Source: Candidatus Limnocylindrales bacterium
Lineage (GTDB): Bacteria; Chloroflexota; Limnocylindria; Limnocylindrales; CSP1-4
Assembly (NCBI GenBank): GCA_038319665.1
Contig: JBBQDL010000003.1
Coordinates: 11,129-75,128 of the forward strand
Direction: 5' to 3'
Length of the DNA stretch: 64,000 bases
Shown: in pieces, positions 48,905-57,175 of the stretch
Position numbering within the stretch: position 1 is the stretch's first letter
How the letters are laid out: each line of letters starts with the position of its first letter
Made by a program: the position numbers and the translations under genes
Notes under the pieces: generated by a model
The model's input: only the letters and a program-made list of their open reading frames with translations
What the model was told of the DNA's origin: nothing
The model's database searches: none

Positions 48905-50893
48905 TCAGGCGGCTGTCTCGACCCTCGCCCGCCGCTTCCGCCTCGGCGCGGCGGGCTTGGCCTCGACCACCGGTTCGGCGTCGAACGGTTCCGCGGCGAC
49001 GAAGAGGGCGAGCGCCAGTCGCGCCCGAGCGGTGTCCTGCCCGGGGTCGAATTCGAACCCGACCATCGGCCGGCCACGTGCATCGGTCCAGCTGGAACGG
49101 CTCGCGCCCATGAAGTCGAGGACCTGGCCGCCCGGCAGTTCGATCGTGAGCGACGCATGCTCGGCGATCGCGGCCGCAACGGGCAGCTCGATGCGGGCGC
49201 CGGTCAATGACACGTCCCGGACCGTCGCCTCCAGGCCGTCCAGCCTGGCCGGCATATCGGTAGCGAAGCGGACACTCGACCGACGTTCCGCGGCGTAGCG
49301 CGTCGATCGGACCCGGCGGATCGCCAGCCAGACCAGCGTGACGTTGATGAGCATCCAGGCGAACGAGGCGTGAACGGCCCACGGCACGGCGTAGCGGATG
49401 GGCGTGACGCCCAGGACCGTGAGTGCGTACCAGGCGGCCGCGACGAACGAGATGCCCAGGATCACCGTGAGCAGGCGTGGGACGTGGGTGCGGGTTCGGC
49501 CATCGCCCGTCCGTCCCTTGGGGGTGACCCGGAAGGTCGCGCCGTCGTCGCCGAAGAGCGTCGCTGTGGCCAGCAGGTTCGGCGTCATCCGGACGAACTC
49601 GAAGAGCAGCGTCAGGACCGGCCGATGGCAGCCCCGGGAGAGCGCCCACAGAGCCAGCTGCGAGAGCCCGAACGTGGCCCCGAACGCGATCGCGAACGTC
49701 AGCGCGTCCGCCGTGATGGGCACCGCTCCGGTGGCGATGACGATCAAGGGCAGGAGCAGATAGCCGAGCGAGCGCCAGGCATCGAACCAGCCGAGGAGGG
49801 TCGTCGCGTACGTGAGTCGTTGGCCGACGGAGAGGCCGGAGGCGACCAGCGGATTCTCCTTGCGCAGGACCTGCATCGCGCCCGTGCCCCAGCGAAGGCG
49901 CTGCAACTGGTAGGTCGCCGCATCGGACGCGGCCAGGCCACGGGCGAGGATCTCGTTGTGATAGACCGTCTTCCAGCCGCGCCGATGCAAGCGGATGGAG
50001 GTGTGGATGTCCTCGGTGATCGTGTCGGTCGCGACCAAACCGACATCGCGTAACGCGGCGACCCGAACGACCGCCCCAGTCCCGCACCAGAAGGCGCCGC
50101 CCCAGCGGTTCTTGCCCGGCTGCAGGACGCGATAGAAGAGGGCCTGCTCGTGGAACCGTTGCGCTCCAGCGCTATCGGGATCGGTCAACGCGCGGGGCGC
50201 GCCGCCGCCCTCGTGTTCGAAGGACTCGACGTTGTAGAAGTCCTGCGGGGTCTGGACCAGGGCGACCGCCGGATCGTCGAAGTAGCCGAGGGTGTGCACC
50301 AGGAAGTCCGGCGACGCGACGTGGTCGGCGTCGAGGACGCCGATGATGTCGGCCTCGATGATGCCCAGGGCATGGTTCAGGTTGCCGGCCTTGGCATGTT
50401 CGTGGGTCGGGCGCGCGAGGCAATGCGCACCAAGGTCCGCTGCCAGCCGCGCGACCTCCGGTCGGTCACCGTCGTCGAGCACCCAGGTCTCGTGCGCGAC
50501 GCGCATCGCGACGGCCGCCGCGACGGTCGGGGTGAGCACCTCGAGGCCCTCGTTGTAGGTCGGCACCAGGATCGCGATCCGGGCGGGCGAGGCCGTGACG
50601 TCGTGGGTGGCCGGCCGGCGCCCGACATCCCACAAGGAGAACGTGAACAGCACGAGACCGAGGAACGCGTGGACTTCGAGGACGAACAGCGGGATCGAGA
50701 CCCACCAGACGTCGAGCGCGAGCGTCCAGCCGGCGCGCCAGACGAGGTACCCCAGGGAGACCGAGAGCGCGAGCACGGCGATCGATCGGATGGCGAGGGT
50801 ACGTCGCCAGGATTCGGGCGATGGCAGCGCCGCCCCGGGCAGGGCCGCGTGGAACCAGGCCGGACGGCGCCGGCCTGTGACAGGGGTCAACAC
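48905..50893 (-). CDS. Cellulose synthase catalytic subunit-like GT2 with C-terminal PilZ domain
   Basis: VPTYNE, LDDG, HAKAGNLN, DADH, QTPQ, TEDI, QRLRW; PilZ RRSSVR and DVSLTG. Confidence 0.88.
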   Translation of the reverse strand: MLTPVTGRRRPAWFHAALPGAALPSPESWRRTLAIRSIAVLALSVSLGYLVWRAGWTLALDVWWVSIPLFVLEVHAFLGLVLFTFSLWDVGRRPATHDVTASPARIAILVPTYNEGLEVLTPTVAAAVAMRVAHETWVLDDGDRPEVARLAADLGAHCLARPTHEHAKAGNLNHALGIIEADIIGVLDADHVASPDFLVHTLGYFDDPAVALVQTPQDFYNVESFEHEGGGAPRALTDPDSAGAQRFHEQALFYRVLQPGKNRWGGAFWCGTGAVVRVAALRDVGLVATDTITEDIHTSIRLHRRGWKTVYHNEILARGLAASDAATYQLQRLRWGTGAMQVLRKENPLVASGLSVGQRLTYATTLLGWFDAWRSLGYLLLPLIVIATGAVPITADALTFAIAFGATFGLSQLALWALSRGCHRPVLTLLFEFVRMTPNLLATATLFGDDGATFRVTPKGRTGDGRTRTHVPRLLTVILGISFVAAAWYALTVLGVTPIRYAVPWAVHASFAWMLINVTLVWLAIRRVRSTRYAAERRSSVRFATDMPARLDGLEATVRDVSLTGARIELPVAAAIAEHASLTIELPGGQVLDFMGASRSSWTDARGRPMVGFEFDPGQDTARARLALALFVAAEPFDAEPVVEAKPAAPRRKRRARVETAA

Positions 50894-51005
50894 ACGATGG
50901 ACTGTTGCGGACCGTTGGAGGCTGCTCCATGACCCGAACGTTCAGCGACCGACCCCGGATGGGCTATCGCGACTCGATGGCAGCGTCAGCGAGCTGTCGA
51001 GCGGC

Positions 51006-51454
51006 TCAGAGGCCCGGGAAGATCGTCTCGTCGCGCATCACGAGGGCGTCGGCCAGACGCGAGGTCGCGCTGTCGGCGCGAAGGGCCTCGCGGATGCGTT
51101 CGTTGACCTCGCCTTCATCGGAGAGCAGGGTGCCGGGGCTGTCCTCGTCGTACGACTCGTCGAGCGCCGAGACCCCGGTCCCGGCGGCTACGACGGGGTC
51201 GCTGTCCCAGGGGTGGCGACGACCGGCGGATCGATCGGCGGCACCCACGGGATGCCTTCCTGCGCGGCGACCTCGGGGTCGTCGGTCTCCTCCTCGCGCA
51301 GTCCTTCCCCGGCGAGGCCGTCCAGGCTCTCGAGCCCGTCGGCCGCCGGGTCGGAGCGGACCTCCGGCTCGAGCTCGTCGAATTCGGTCTTCGTCGGCAC
51401 GCGTCGCCCTTCGATCTCGTCAGGGTTGACGACGGCATCCTGGTCGGCAGCCAT
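51006..51454 (-). pseudogene. Acidic hypothetical protein split by a 1-nt frameshift near 51206-51208
   Basis: SD GGAGGA + ATG 51454; frame A ...EETDDPEVAAQEGIPWVPPIDPPVVATP, frame B DSDPVVAAG...ERIREALRADSATSRL*; one extra G rejoins them. Confidence 0.65.
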
Positions 51455-51492
51455 GCGGGTCCTCCGGGTGTGAACCACTACACTACGCCGAG

Positions 51493-52839
51493 ATGCCAGC
51501 CCGCCACCTGATCGACGTCGCCCCACCGGTCGAGAAGGCCTTCCTCGTTGCCGTCGACACCGGGACCGAGGACGGCTGGACCGCCCAGGACTCGCTCGCC
51601 GAGCTCGCCAGCCTTGCCACGACGGCCGGTGCCGAGGTGGTCGGCGCGGAGTGGCAGAACCGCCGCCACGTCGACCCGAACTGGTACGTCGGCAAGGGCA
51701 AGGCCGAGGATCTCGTCGCGGCGAGGCGCGAGACCGGCTTCGACGTCCTGGTCGCCGACGACGAGCTGTCGCCCGCCCAGCAGCGTGCGCTCGAGGAGCT
51801 CCTCAACGTCAAGGTCATCGACCGCAGCCGGCTCATCCTCGACATCTTCGCGCTCCACGCCCAGACCCACGAGGGCCGGCTCCAGGTCGAGCTCGCCCAG
51901 CTCGAATACCAGCTGCCGCGGCTGACCAGGCTGTGGACCCACCTGTCGAGGACGGGCGGCGGGATCGGGACACGGGGACCCGGCGAGAGCCAGCTCGAGA
52001 CCGACCGGCGGATCATCCGGACCCGCATCTCGAAGATGAAGGAGCGCGTCGAGCAGGTCCGCCAGCAGCGCGAGACGGCGGCCCGTGGCCGCGATCGCCG
52101 GCTGTGGCCGACGGTCGGCATCGTCGGCTACACGAACGCGGGCAAGTCCACGCTGCTCAACGCGCTGGTGGGGTCGGAGGTGGCGCGGGCCGAGGACAAG
52201 CTCTTCGCGACGCTCGACCCGACATCGCGACAGGTCAAGCTCGGTGACGGACAGACCGCCATCGTCACCGACACGGTCGGCTTCATCCACAAGCTCCCAC
52301 ACCAGCTCGTCGATGCCTTCCGGGCGACGCTCGAGGAGGTCAACCGGGCCGACGTCCTGGTCGAGGTGGTCGACGCCTCGGATGTCCATTTCGAGGAGCA
52401 CCGGGCGACCGTGCAGACCGTCCTCGACGAGCTCGGGGCGGGCGACAAGCCGCGTCTGCTGGCATTCAACAAGGCGGATCTCCTCGATGCCGCGGCGCGG
52501 GACGGGACGACCCCGGCCCCGGCCATCGCGGGCGCCGTCTTCGTGTCGGCGCTGACCGGCTACGGCATGGACACGCTCCGGGCCGAGATCGCCGCGCTGC
52601 TCGCGACCCTGTGGGTCGATGTCGACGTGTGCCTGCCGTACACGGCGGGCGAATTGCTCGCGCGCGTGCGCGAGCGCGGCACGATCGAGCTCGACTACGG
52701 CGAACGCGAGGTCCGGGTCAAGGGCCGCGTCGCACCGGCGCTGGCGGGCGAACTCACCGCGGCCGCGGCACGCTGGGCGGCGGCCACGCTCGACGCGGCC
52801 GGTTCGGTCGAGGCCGCGGCCGCCGCCGCTGAACGATGA
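51493..52839 (+). CDS. hflX: GTPase HflX
   Basis: LILDIFA, QVELAQLEYQLPRL, GIGTRGPGESQLETDRR, VGYTNAGKSTL, LFATLD, DTVGF, NKAD. Confidence 0.97.
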   Translation: MPARHLIDVAPPVEKAFLVAVDTGTEDGWTAQDSLAELASLATTAGAEVVGAEWQNRRHVDPNWYVGKGKAEDLVAARRETGFDVLVADDELSPAQQRALEELLNVKVIDRSRLILDIFALHAQTHEGRLQVELAQLEYQLPRLTRLWTHLSRTGGGIGTRGPGESQLETDRRIIRTRISKMKERVEQVRQQRETAARGRDRRLWPTVGIVGYTNAGKSTLLNALVGSEVARAEDKLFATLDPTSRQVKLGDGQTAIVTDTVGFIHKLPHQLVDAFRATLEEVNRADVLVEVVDASDVHFEEHRATVQTVLDELGAGDKPRLLAFNKADLLDAAARDGTTPAPAIAGAVFVSALTGYGMDTLRAEIAALLATLWVDVDVCLPYTAGELLARVRERGTIELDYGEREVRVKGRVAPALAGELTAAAARWAAATLDAAGSVEAAAAAAER

Positions 52840-53408
52840 CCGGACCGACCCGCGTCGCGGGGTGGGGGAGCGGCGCCTTCGGATCGGTCGTGACCTGGAC
52901 GATCGCCGAGGGTCGCAGGGGCCGGCGCTGGCGCGAGGTCGTGCGCCAGGGGGCGACCGTCCTGCACGCGCTCCTGCTCGAGACCGACGCCGATGGCCGG
53001 TTCGCCCACCTGGAGCTGGCGCGCGCGGACGGCCTGTGGACCTTCCATCCCGAACGCGACCGAACCCTCCACGGCAATCACGTGGGTGGCGCGAATCCGG
53101 ATGTCCGGCACGTCGCCGGCTGGGCGTTCGGGCCCGACGACGCGCTGGTGGTGGATGGCTCTCCGCTGGCCCTGGCGGCGATCGCCTGGCGCTGGGCCCG
53201 GACGCTGGCACCCGGCGACGTGGCGCCCGGAGCGGTGGGCGGGGTGCTGCTCCGCTCGAACGGCGAGCTCGTGCAAGTCCCCGAGGTCCGGATCGAACGG
53301 CTCTCGGTGAAACGCTGGCAGGTCGGGGAGGGGAGTGCCTTCGATGTCGACCCGGCTGGCCTGCCGATCCTGGTGGGCGGAACCGTCCGTCCGCTCGAGG
53401 TCGAATGA
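52836..53408 (+). CDS. Hypothetical protein
   Basis: ATGA-coupled to hflX, 190 aa, host-like codon usage; no motif recognised. Confidence 0.65.
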   Translation: MTGPTRVAGWGSGAFGSVVTWTIAEGRRGRRWREVVRQGATVLHALLLETDADGRFAHLELARADGLWTFHPERDRTLHGNHVGGANPDVRHVAGWAFGPDDALVVDGSPLALAAIAWRWARTLAPGDVAPGAVGGVLLRSNGELVQVPEVRIERLSVKRWQVGEGSAFDVDPAGLPILVGGTVRPLEVE

Positions 53409-53418
53409 GGGGCCGGCT

Positions 53419-53479
53419 CGTGGATAGCCTGTGGACAACGGACTTTGGCGCGCGAAGTTCGCGCCAAAGTCGTGGATAA
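53419..53479. promoter_or_regulatory. Three DnaA-box-like 9-mers flanking a perfect 12-bp hairpin
   Basis: CGTGGATAG 53419-27, TGTGGACAA 53430-38, CGTGGATAA 53471-79; stem GACTTTGGCGCG/CGCGCCAAAGTC at 53441-53471. Confidence 0.45.
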
Positions 53480-53659
53480 GTCCGTAGCCAGACCCGAGAT
53501 GCGTCGGCTAAGGTAGGTCTTGCCTGAAGGGGCCTTGGACCGAAAGTGTTGTCGCGGATGCAAATTTGCGGCGGCAACTACGGACCAGCGGTTCCTTCGG
53601 GCGTTTTTGGTGTGCCCGGTACTTGTCATGACCACCGTCGGCAACCTCTGAGGGATCCC

Positions 53660-54592
53660 ATGACCGCCACCGGCTCCGCGACGACCTTGGGCAACGACGT
53701 CACCGATCATCGGATCACCCGGCCTGATGGCCGCGTCGTCGCCTGGAGTGAGTCGGGTTTGCCCAACGGCCGGCCCATCCTTCGCGTCCCGGGCACGCCA
53801 GGTTCGCGCCTCTTCCTGCGCGCCGACCGTACCCCGTGGTTCGAGCGTCGGTTGCGGGTAATCACGACCGAGCGGCCGGGCTACGGAGCGTCCACCCGAT
53901 TCGAGGGTCGAGCGTTCGTCGAACATTCCGACGACACCGCGGCGATCCTCGACGAACTCGGCATCGAGGCGCTCCCGGTGTACGGAACGAGTGGCGCGAG
54001 CCCGCACATCCTGGACTTCGCAGCGCGCCACCCTGGCCGGATGTCGGCCGCGACCATCCTCGTCGGCGCGGCTCCGCTCGATCCGCTCGAAGCAGCCCAG
54101 ATGATCGACCTCAATGCGCTCGAGTACCGGCTCTTCCACGAGGGCCGGCTCGACGAGATCCTGCGGATCGCCGAGGAGATGCGGGGATCGATCCTGGCCG
54201 ACCCGCTCGCCAGCTTTCGGTCGATCATGGCGTCGGCGCCTGCCGCCGACCGCGCGATCCTCGAGGATCCGAACTGGCAGAGCGGCTTCGTCGCCGGGAT
54301 CACGGAGGCATTGCGTCAAGGGGCGGGCGGCTGGTACGACGAGGGTCTCGCGTTCCTGAGGCCGTGGCAGATCGACTTCCAAGCGATCAGGGCCGACCTG
54401 ACCTGGTGGCATAGCGACGGCGACCGGAATGCACCGTTGTCTGCCGCGCGGCGCCTGGTCGATCAGCTACCCATGGCCCGCCTGAACATCTGGCTCGATG
54501 CCGGCCACCTGATGCCATATCGCCAGGAGCCCGAGGTTCTCGACGAGCTGCTCGCCCGCAGCGGACCGTGGCCGTTGGCACCGAGCGCCTAA
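53660..54592 (+). CDS. Alpha/beta fold hydrolase
   Basis: PGTPGSRL, ERPGYGAS, YGTSGASP nucleophile elbow, WHSDGD, DAGH. Confidence 0.85.
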   Translation: MTATGSATTLGNDVTDHRITRPDGRVVAWSESGLPNGRPILRVPGTPGSRLFLRADRTPWFERRLRVITTERPGYGASTRFEGRAFVEHSDDTAAILDELGIEALPVYGTSGASPHILDFAARHPGRMSAATILVGAAPLDPLEAAQMIDLNALEYRLFHEGRLDEILRIAEEMRGSILADPLASFRSIMASAPAADRAILEDPNWQSGFVAGITEALRQGAGGWYDEGLAFLRPWQIDFQAIRADLTWWHSDGDRNAPLSAARRLVDQLPMARLNIWLDAGHLMPYRQEPEVLDELLARSGPWPLAPSA

Positions 54593-54651
54593 GCCTCGAC
54601 ATCCACTACGCCGTCGCCTGCGCGAGCTGAGGCGGGGAGTAGGGTACGACG

Positions 54652-55029
54652 GTGGCGATCATCCGACGCGTCCTTACCGTCCTGGCCGTCGTCGCGGCCC
54701 TCTCCGGGTGCTCAGGCCCGCCTGGATCGAAGACCTCGCCGAGCGCCACGGCGGCGCCGACGGTCGTCATCACGAGCGAGACGGTGCGAACCACCGAGTC
54801 GACCATCCTGCAGGGCCTCGATACCGCCATCGAGGGGGGCTTCCGGATGTGCATGACGAGGACCCAACAGGGCGGCGATGCCTTGGCCTCCGACTGCGAA
54901 TTGACCAAAACGTCCAGCCTGGAAGCCCGCAAGCGGCTGGTCGAATGCTTCATCCGCGCCGATCGGGCGCCGACGCCCGCCCAGTCGATCGCCGCGATCA
55001 TCGTCTGCCAGGAGCAGATGCCGCATTGA
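54652..55029 (+). CDS. Small Cys-rich lipoprotein
   Basis: MAIIRRVLTVLAVVAALSGC lipobox plus four further Cys; TAGGGT 6 nt before GTG. Confidence 0.7.
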   Translation: MAIIRRVLTVLAVVAALSGCSGPPGSKTSPSATAAPTVVITSETVRTTESTILQGLDTAIEGGFRMCMTRTQQGGDALASDCELTKTSSLEARKRLVECFIRADRAPTPAQSIAAIIVCQEQMPH

Positions 55030-55060
55030 GTCGGATCCCCTCGGGTCTTGACGTCCCGAG

Positions 55061-55090
55061 ACGATGTTGTAGTATGCAACAACGATGTTG
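55061..55090 (+). promoter_or_regulatory. Putative -10 box and autoregulatory operator of the HTH-MNT gene
   Basis: TAGTAT at 55070-75 lies inside inverted repeat TGTTG-N7-CAACA; direct repeat ACGATGTTG at 55061 and 55082. Confidence 0.45.
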
Positions 55091-55705
55091 ACCGTTCCCG
55101 AAGCCGCCCGCCGCGCCGGCCGGAACCCCGAAACGATCCGGCGATGGATCCGCGAGGGCAAACTGCCGGCCCGCAAGGTCGGGACGCAGCATGTCCTCGA
55201 GGAGCATGACCTCGAGGCGTATCTCGGTGAGACGTCCGACCGGCTACCGATCCCGGCCGAATGGAAGCGGACGTTTTGGGGCGGACCCATGCCTGATGTC
55301 GTCGGGAGCCAAGATACGGCAGACCGGGCCGCTAGAGCACGCGAGAGCGCGGCGCCATATCTGGCCGGAGGCTCGGTTCCGCCACCGGCGGCGATCGATC
55401 CATGGCTGACGACGATCGTCGGGCGGATCGTGCGCCTGTGTGATCCCGTTCGCATCGCCCTATTCGGTTCACGAGCGCGCGGTGACGCGCGCGAAGACAG
55501 CGACTACGACTTGCTCGTCGTGTTGGACGAGGTGGCCGACCGTCGAGCGATGCGGCTCGAGGTCCGACGCGTCCTGGACGATCTCCCGATCTCCAAGGAT
55601 GTCGTCGTCGCTGCAGTCGCGGAGATCGACGGGCGGGAGGGCCGGCCATGGGGTGCCGTGGCCTGGGCGCTCCGTGAGGGTCGGACGCTGTATGAGCGCC
55701 AGTGA
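55085..55705 (+). CDS. Excisionase-like HTH_17 fused to a minimal nucleotidyltransferase (MNT) antitoxin
   Basis: MLTVPEAARRAGRNPETIRRWIREGKLPARKVG N-terminus; LFGSRARGDAREDSDYDLLVV pol-beta motif. Confidence 0.85.
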   Translation: MLTVPEAARRAGRNPETIRRWIREGKLPARKVGTQHVLEEHDLEAYLGETSDRLPIPAEWKRTFWGGPMPDVVGSQDTADRAARARESAAPYLAGGSVPPPAAIDPWLTTIVGRIVRLCDPVRIALFGSRARGDAREDSDYDLLVVLDEVADRRAMRLEVRRVLDDLPISKDVVVAAVAEIDGREGRPWGAVAWALREGRTLYERQ

Positions 55706-56093
55706 CCCCGATCGTGACGCGTCCCGACACTGGCTGGACCTAGCTGACGGCGACCTTCGTGCCGCGTACGTCCTGATCGCGGATGGCAGCCTTCCACCCC
55801 GAATCGCGGTCGGCTCCGCCCACCAGGCAGCTGAGAAGGCTCTGAAGGCGCTGATCGTGTTCATCGGATCCGACCCGCCTCGAAGCCACGACCTCGTGAT
55901 GCTGGCCCAACGGGTCGCTTCGAGGCTGGTTCTGGTGGTTGATGAAACGGATCTCCGGGCGCTCACCGATGCTTACGCTGAAGCTCGTTATCCGGCCCAT
56001 ATGGGGGTCGAGTACGACGCTGCGGAGTCCGCCGCCTTCGTGGCGGTCGCCGCGCGAATCGTCGGCCAAGTTGCGAGAGAGCTAGGGACGTAA
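55692..56093 (+). CDS. HEPN domain protein (toxin partner of MNT)
   Basis: AHQAAEKALKA, PPRSHDL, EARYP; overlaps the MNT gene by 14 nt. Confidence 0.88.
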   Translation: MSASDPDRDASRHWLDLADGDLRAAYVLIADGSLPPRIAVGSAHQAAEKALKALIVFIGSDPPRSHDLVMLAQRVASRLVLVVDETDLRALTDAYAEARYPAHMGVEYDAAESAAFVAVAARIVGQVARELGT

Positions 56094-56131
56094 CCCCGCC
56101 CACGCTCTGGCACTACTTCCGATAAGGTGAG

Positions 56132-56684
56132 TTATGTCTGTCGGGCTTTGAGCGCGGCTCGCACATATTGGAGGTCCCAACCTGTTTGCCTCTTCACACG
56201 GGCCGCCGTGAGCCGAGGCGTCGATCCAACGAGGACCACAGCGGCCCAGTGTGTCGGCGAACCGCGGACGTCATCTGTATCTTGGGTGAACTTAGCCTCG
56301 CGAAACCGCACGAAGTATTCCTTGGCAGGTTCAGCTAGTGCGAGAAGTCGTTCGTGCAGGCCCTCGATGTTCTGGAGCTTGGCAAGGTTCGCCGCCGCGA
56401 CGAGTTGACTCACACCTCAATCGTTTGCTACACGAAGGAGGACGCGGAATTTGGCCCTCTTGGCGGCTTTCGCGATGGCCGAGATAGCTGCCGGCGCGCC
56501 CTATCTTTTCGGCGAAGCTCTCGAGGGACTTCGCTCGTGCTTCAACTGTCTGGAATTTGAAGTCAGCGGAGGCGAGAAGCTCGACCAACAGACTACGAAA
56601 TCGCTCGCAAAGCCGACTGTACGTCGGTTCCAGCCGGCCACACTCCGCCACAGCCGCCGAGTGGACTGGCGCCGGACCGTTCAC
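56132..56684 (-). pseudogene. RelA/SpoT (small alarmone synthetase-like) gene remnant with internal deletion
   Basis: SD AGGAG + GTG overlapping the HEPN stop; TVEARAKSLESFAEKI matches the synthetase RxKxxxSxxxK motif; later motifs absent; a second frame has an internal TGA. Confidence 0.6.
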
Positions 56685-57175
56685 GTGCTCCTCTTCTTGA
56701 CCGCCTTAATATCGGCTTCACCAAACGGTCGCGTCGGCCGCGCATCTTCGGAATCCTGAGCTAGGAACGTCTTTACGGTCGAACACACCCGTTCGGCGTA
56801 CGTCACCGCGAGTTCAACTTGGTCTCGAGCGGGTTCGTCCGCAGTACCAGCCTGCAACCGCGGATAGCGCTCCAAAACTGCAAAACGGGTCGTTGGAAGG
56901 TGTGCGACCAGCGGAAGCGATGTTAGAAGGGAGCGTAGGCGGCTGATGCTGTGGTCCCGTGGAGGATTTGTGCCTTGCGCCACCAGAACTGCCTTCAGGT
57001 ACTTGAACCGCACTGACTCTGGTGGAGGCTCTTCGATGGCTTGCTGCGCATGGAACCCAATGACGGACGGCGGAATGGCGGAATGGACGGCGAGAAGCGC
57101 TTGCGCAGAGCGCAGATCACAATCTCCCTTGTCAAGCCAGCGTTGGACCTGCTCGTTGACGAGTCGATTGTCCAC
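56681..57175 (-). CDS. HEPN domain protein with an in-frame 9-aa insertion
   Basis: WLDKGDCDLRSA, FHAQQAIE[EPPPESVRF]KYLKA, PPRDH, RYP; starts immediately after the DUF2075 stop. Confidence 0.75.
   Translation of the reverse strand: MDNRLVNEQVQRWLDKGDCDLRSAQALLAVHSAIPPSVIGFHAQQAIEEPPPESVRFKYLKAVLVAQGTNPPRDHSISRLRSLLTSLPLVAHLPTTRFAVLERYPRLQAGTADEPARDQVELAVTYAERVCSTVKTFLAQDSEDARPTRPFGEADIKAVKKRST
57004..57031 (+). mobile_element. Solo IS3-family-like terminal inverted repeat (scar)
   Basis: TGAACCGCACTGACTCTGGTGGAGGCTC resembles the IS6110/IS51-group end TGAACCGCCCCGG...GGAGACTC as recalled, and coincides with the 27-nt HEPN insertion. Confidence 0.55.

Noticed and set aside
53419-53660. Replication origin
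   Set aside because: Only three imperfect boxes, with no dnaA/dnaN and no AT-rich unwinding element
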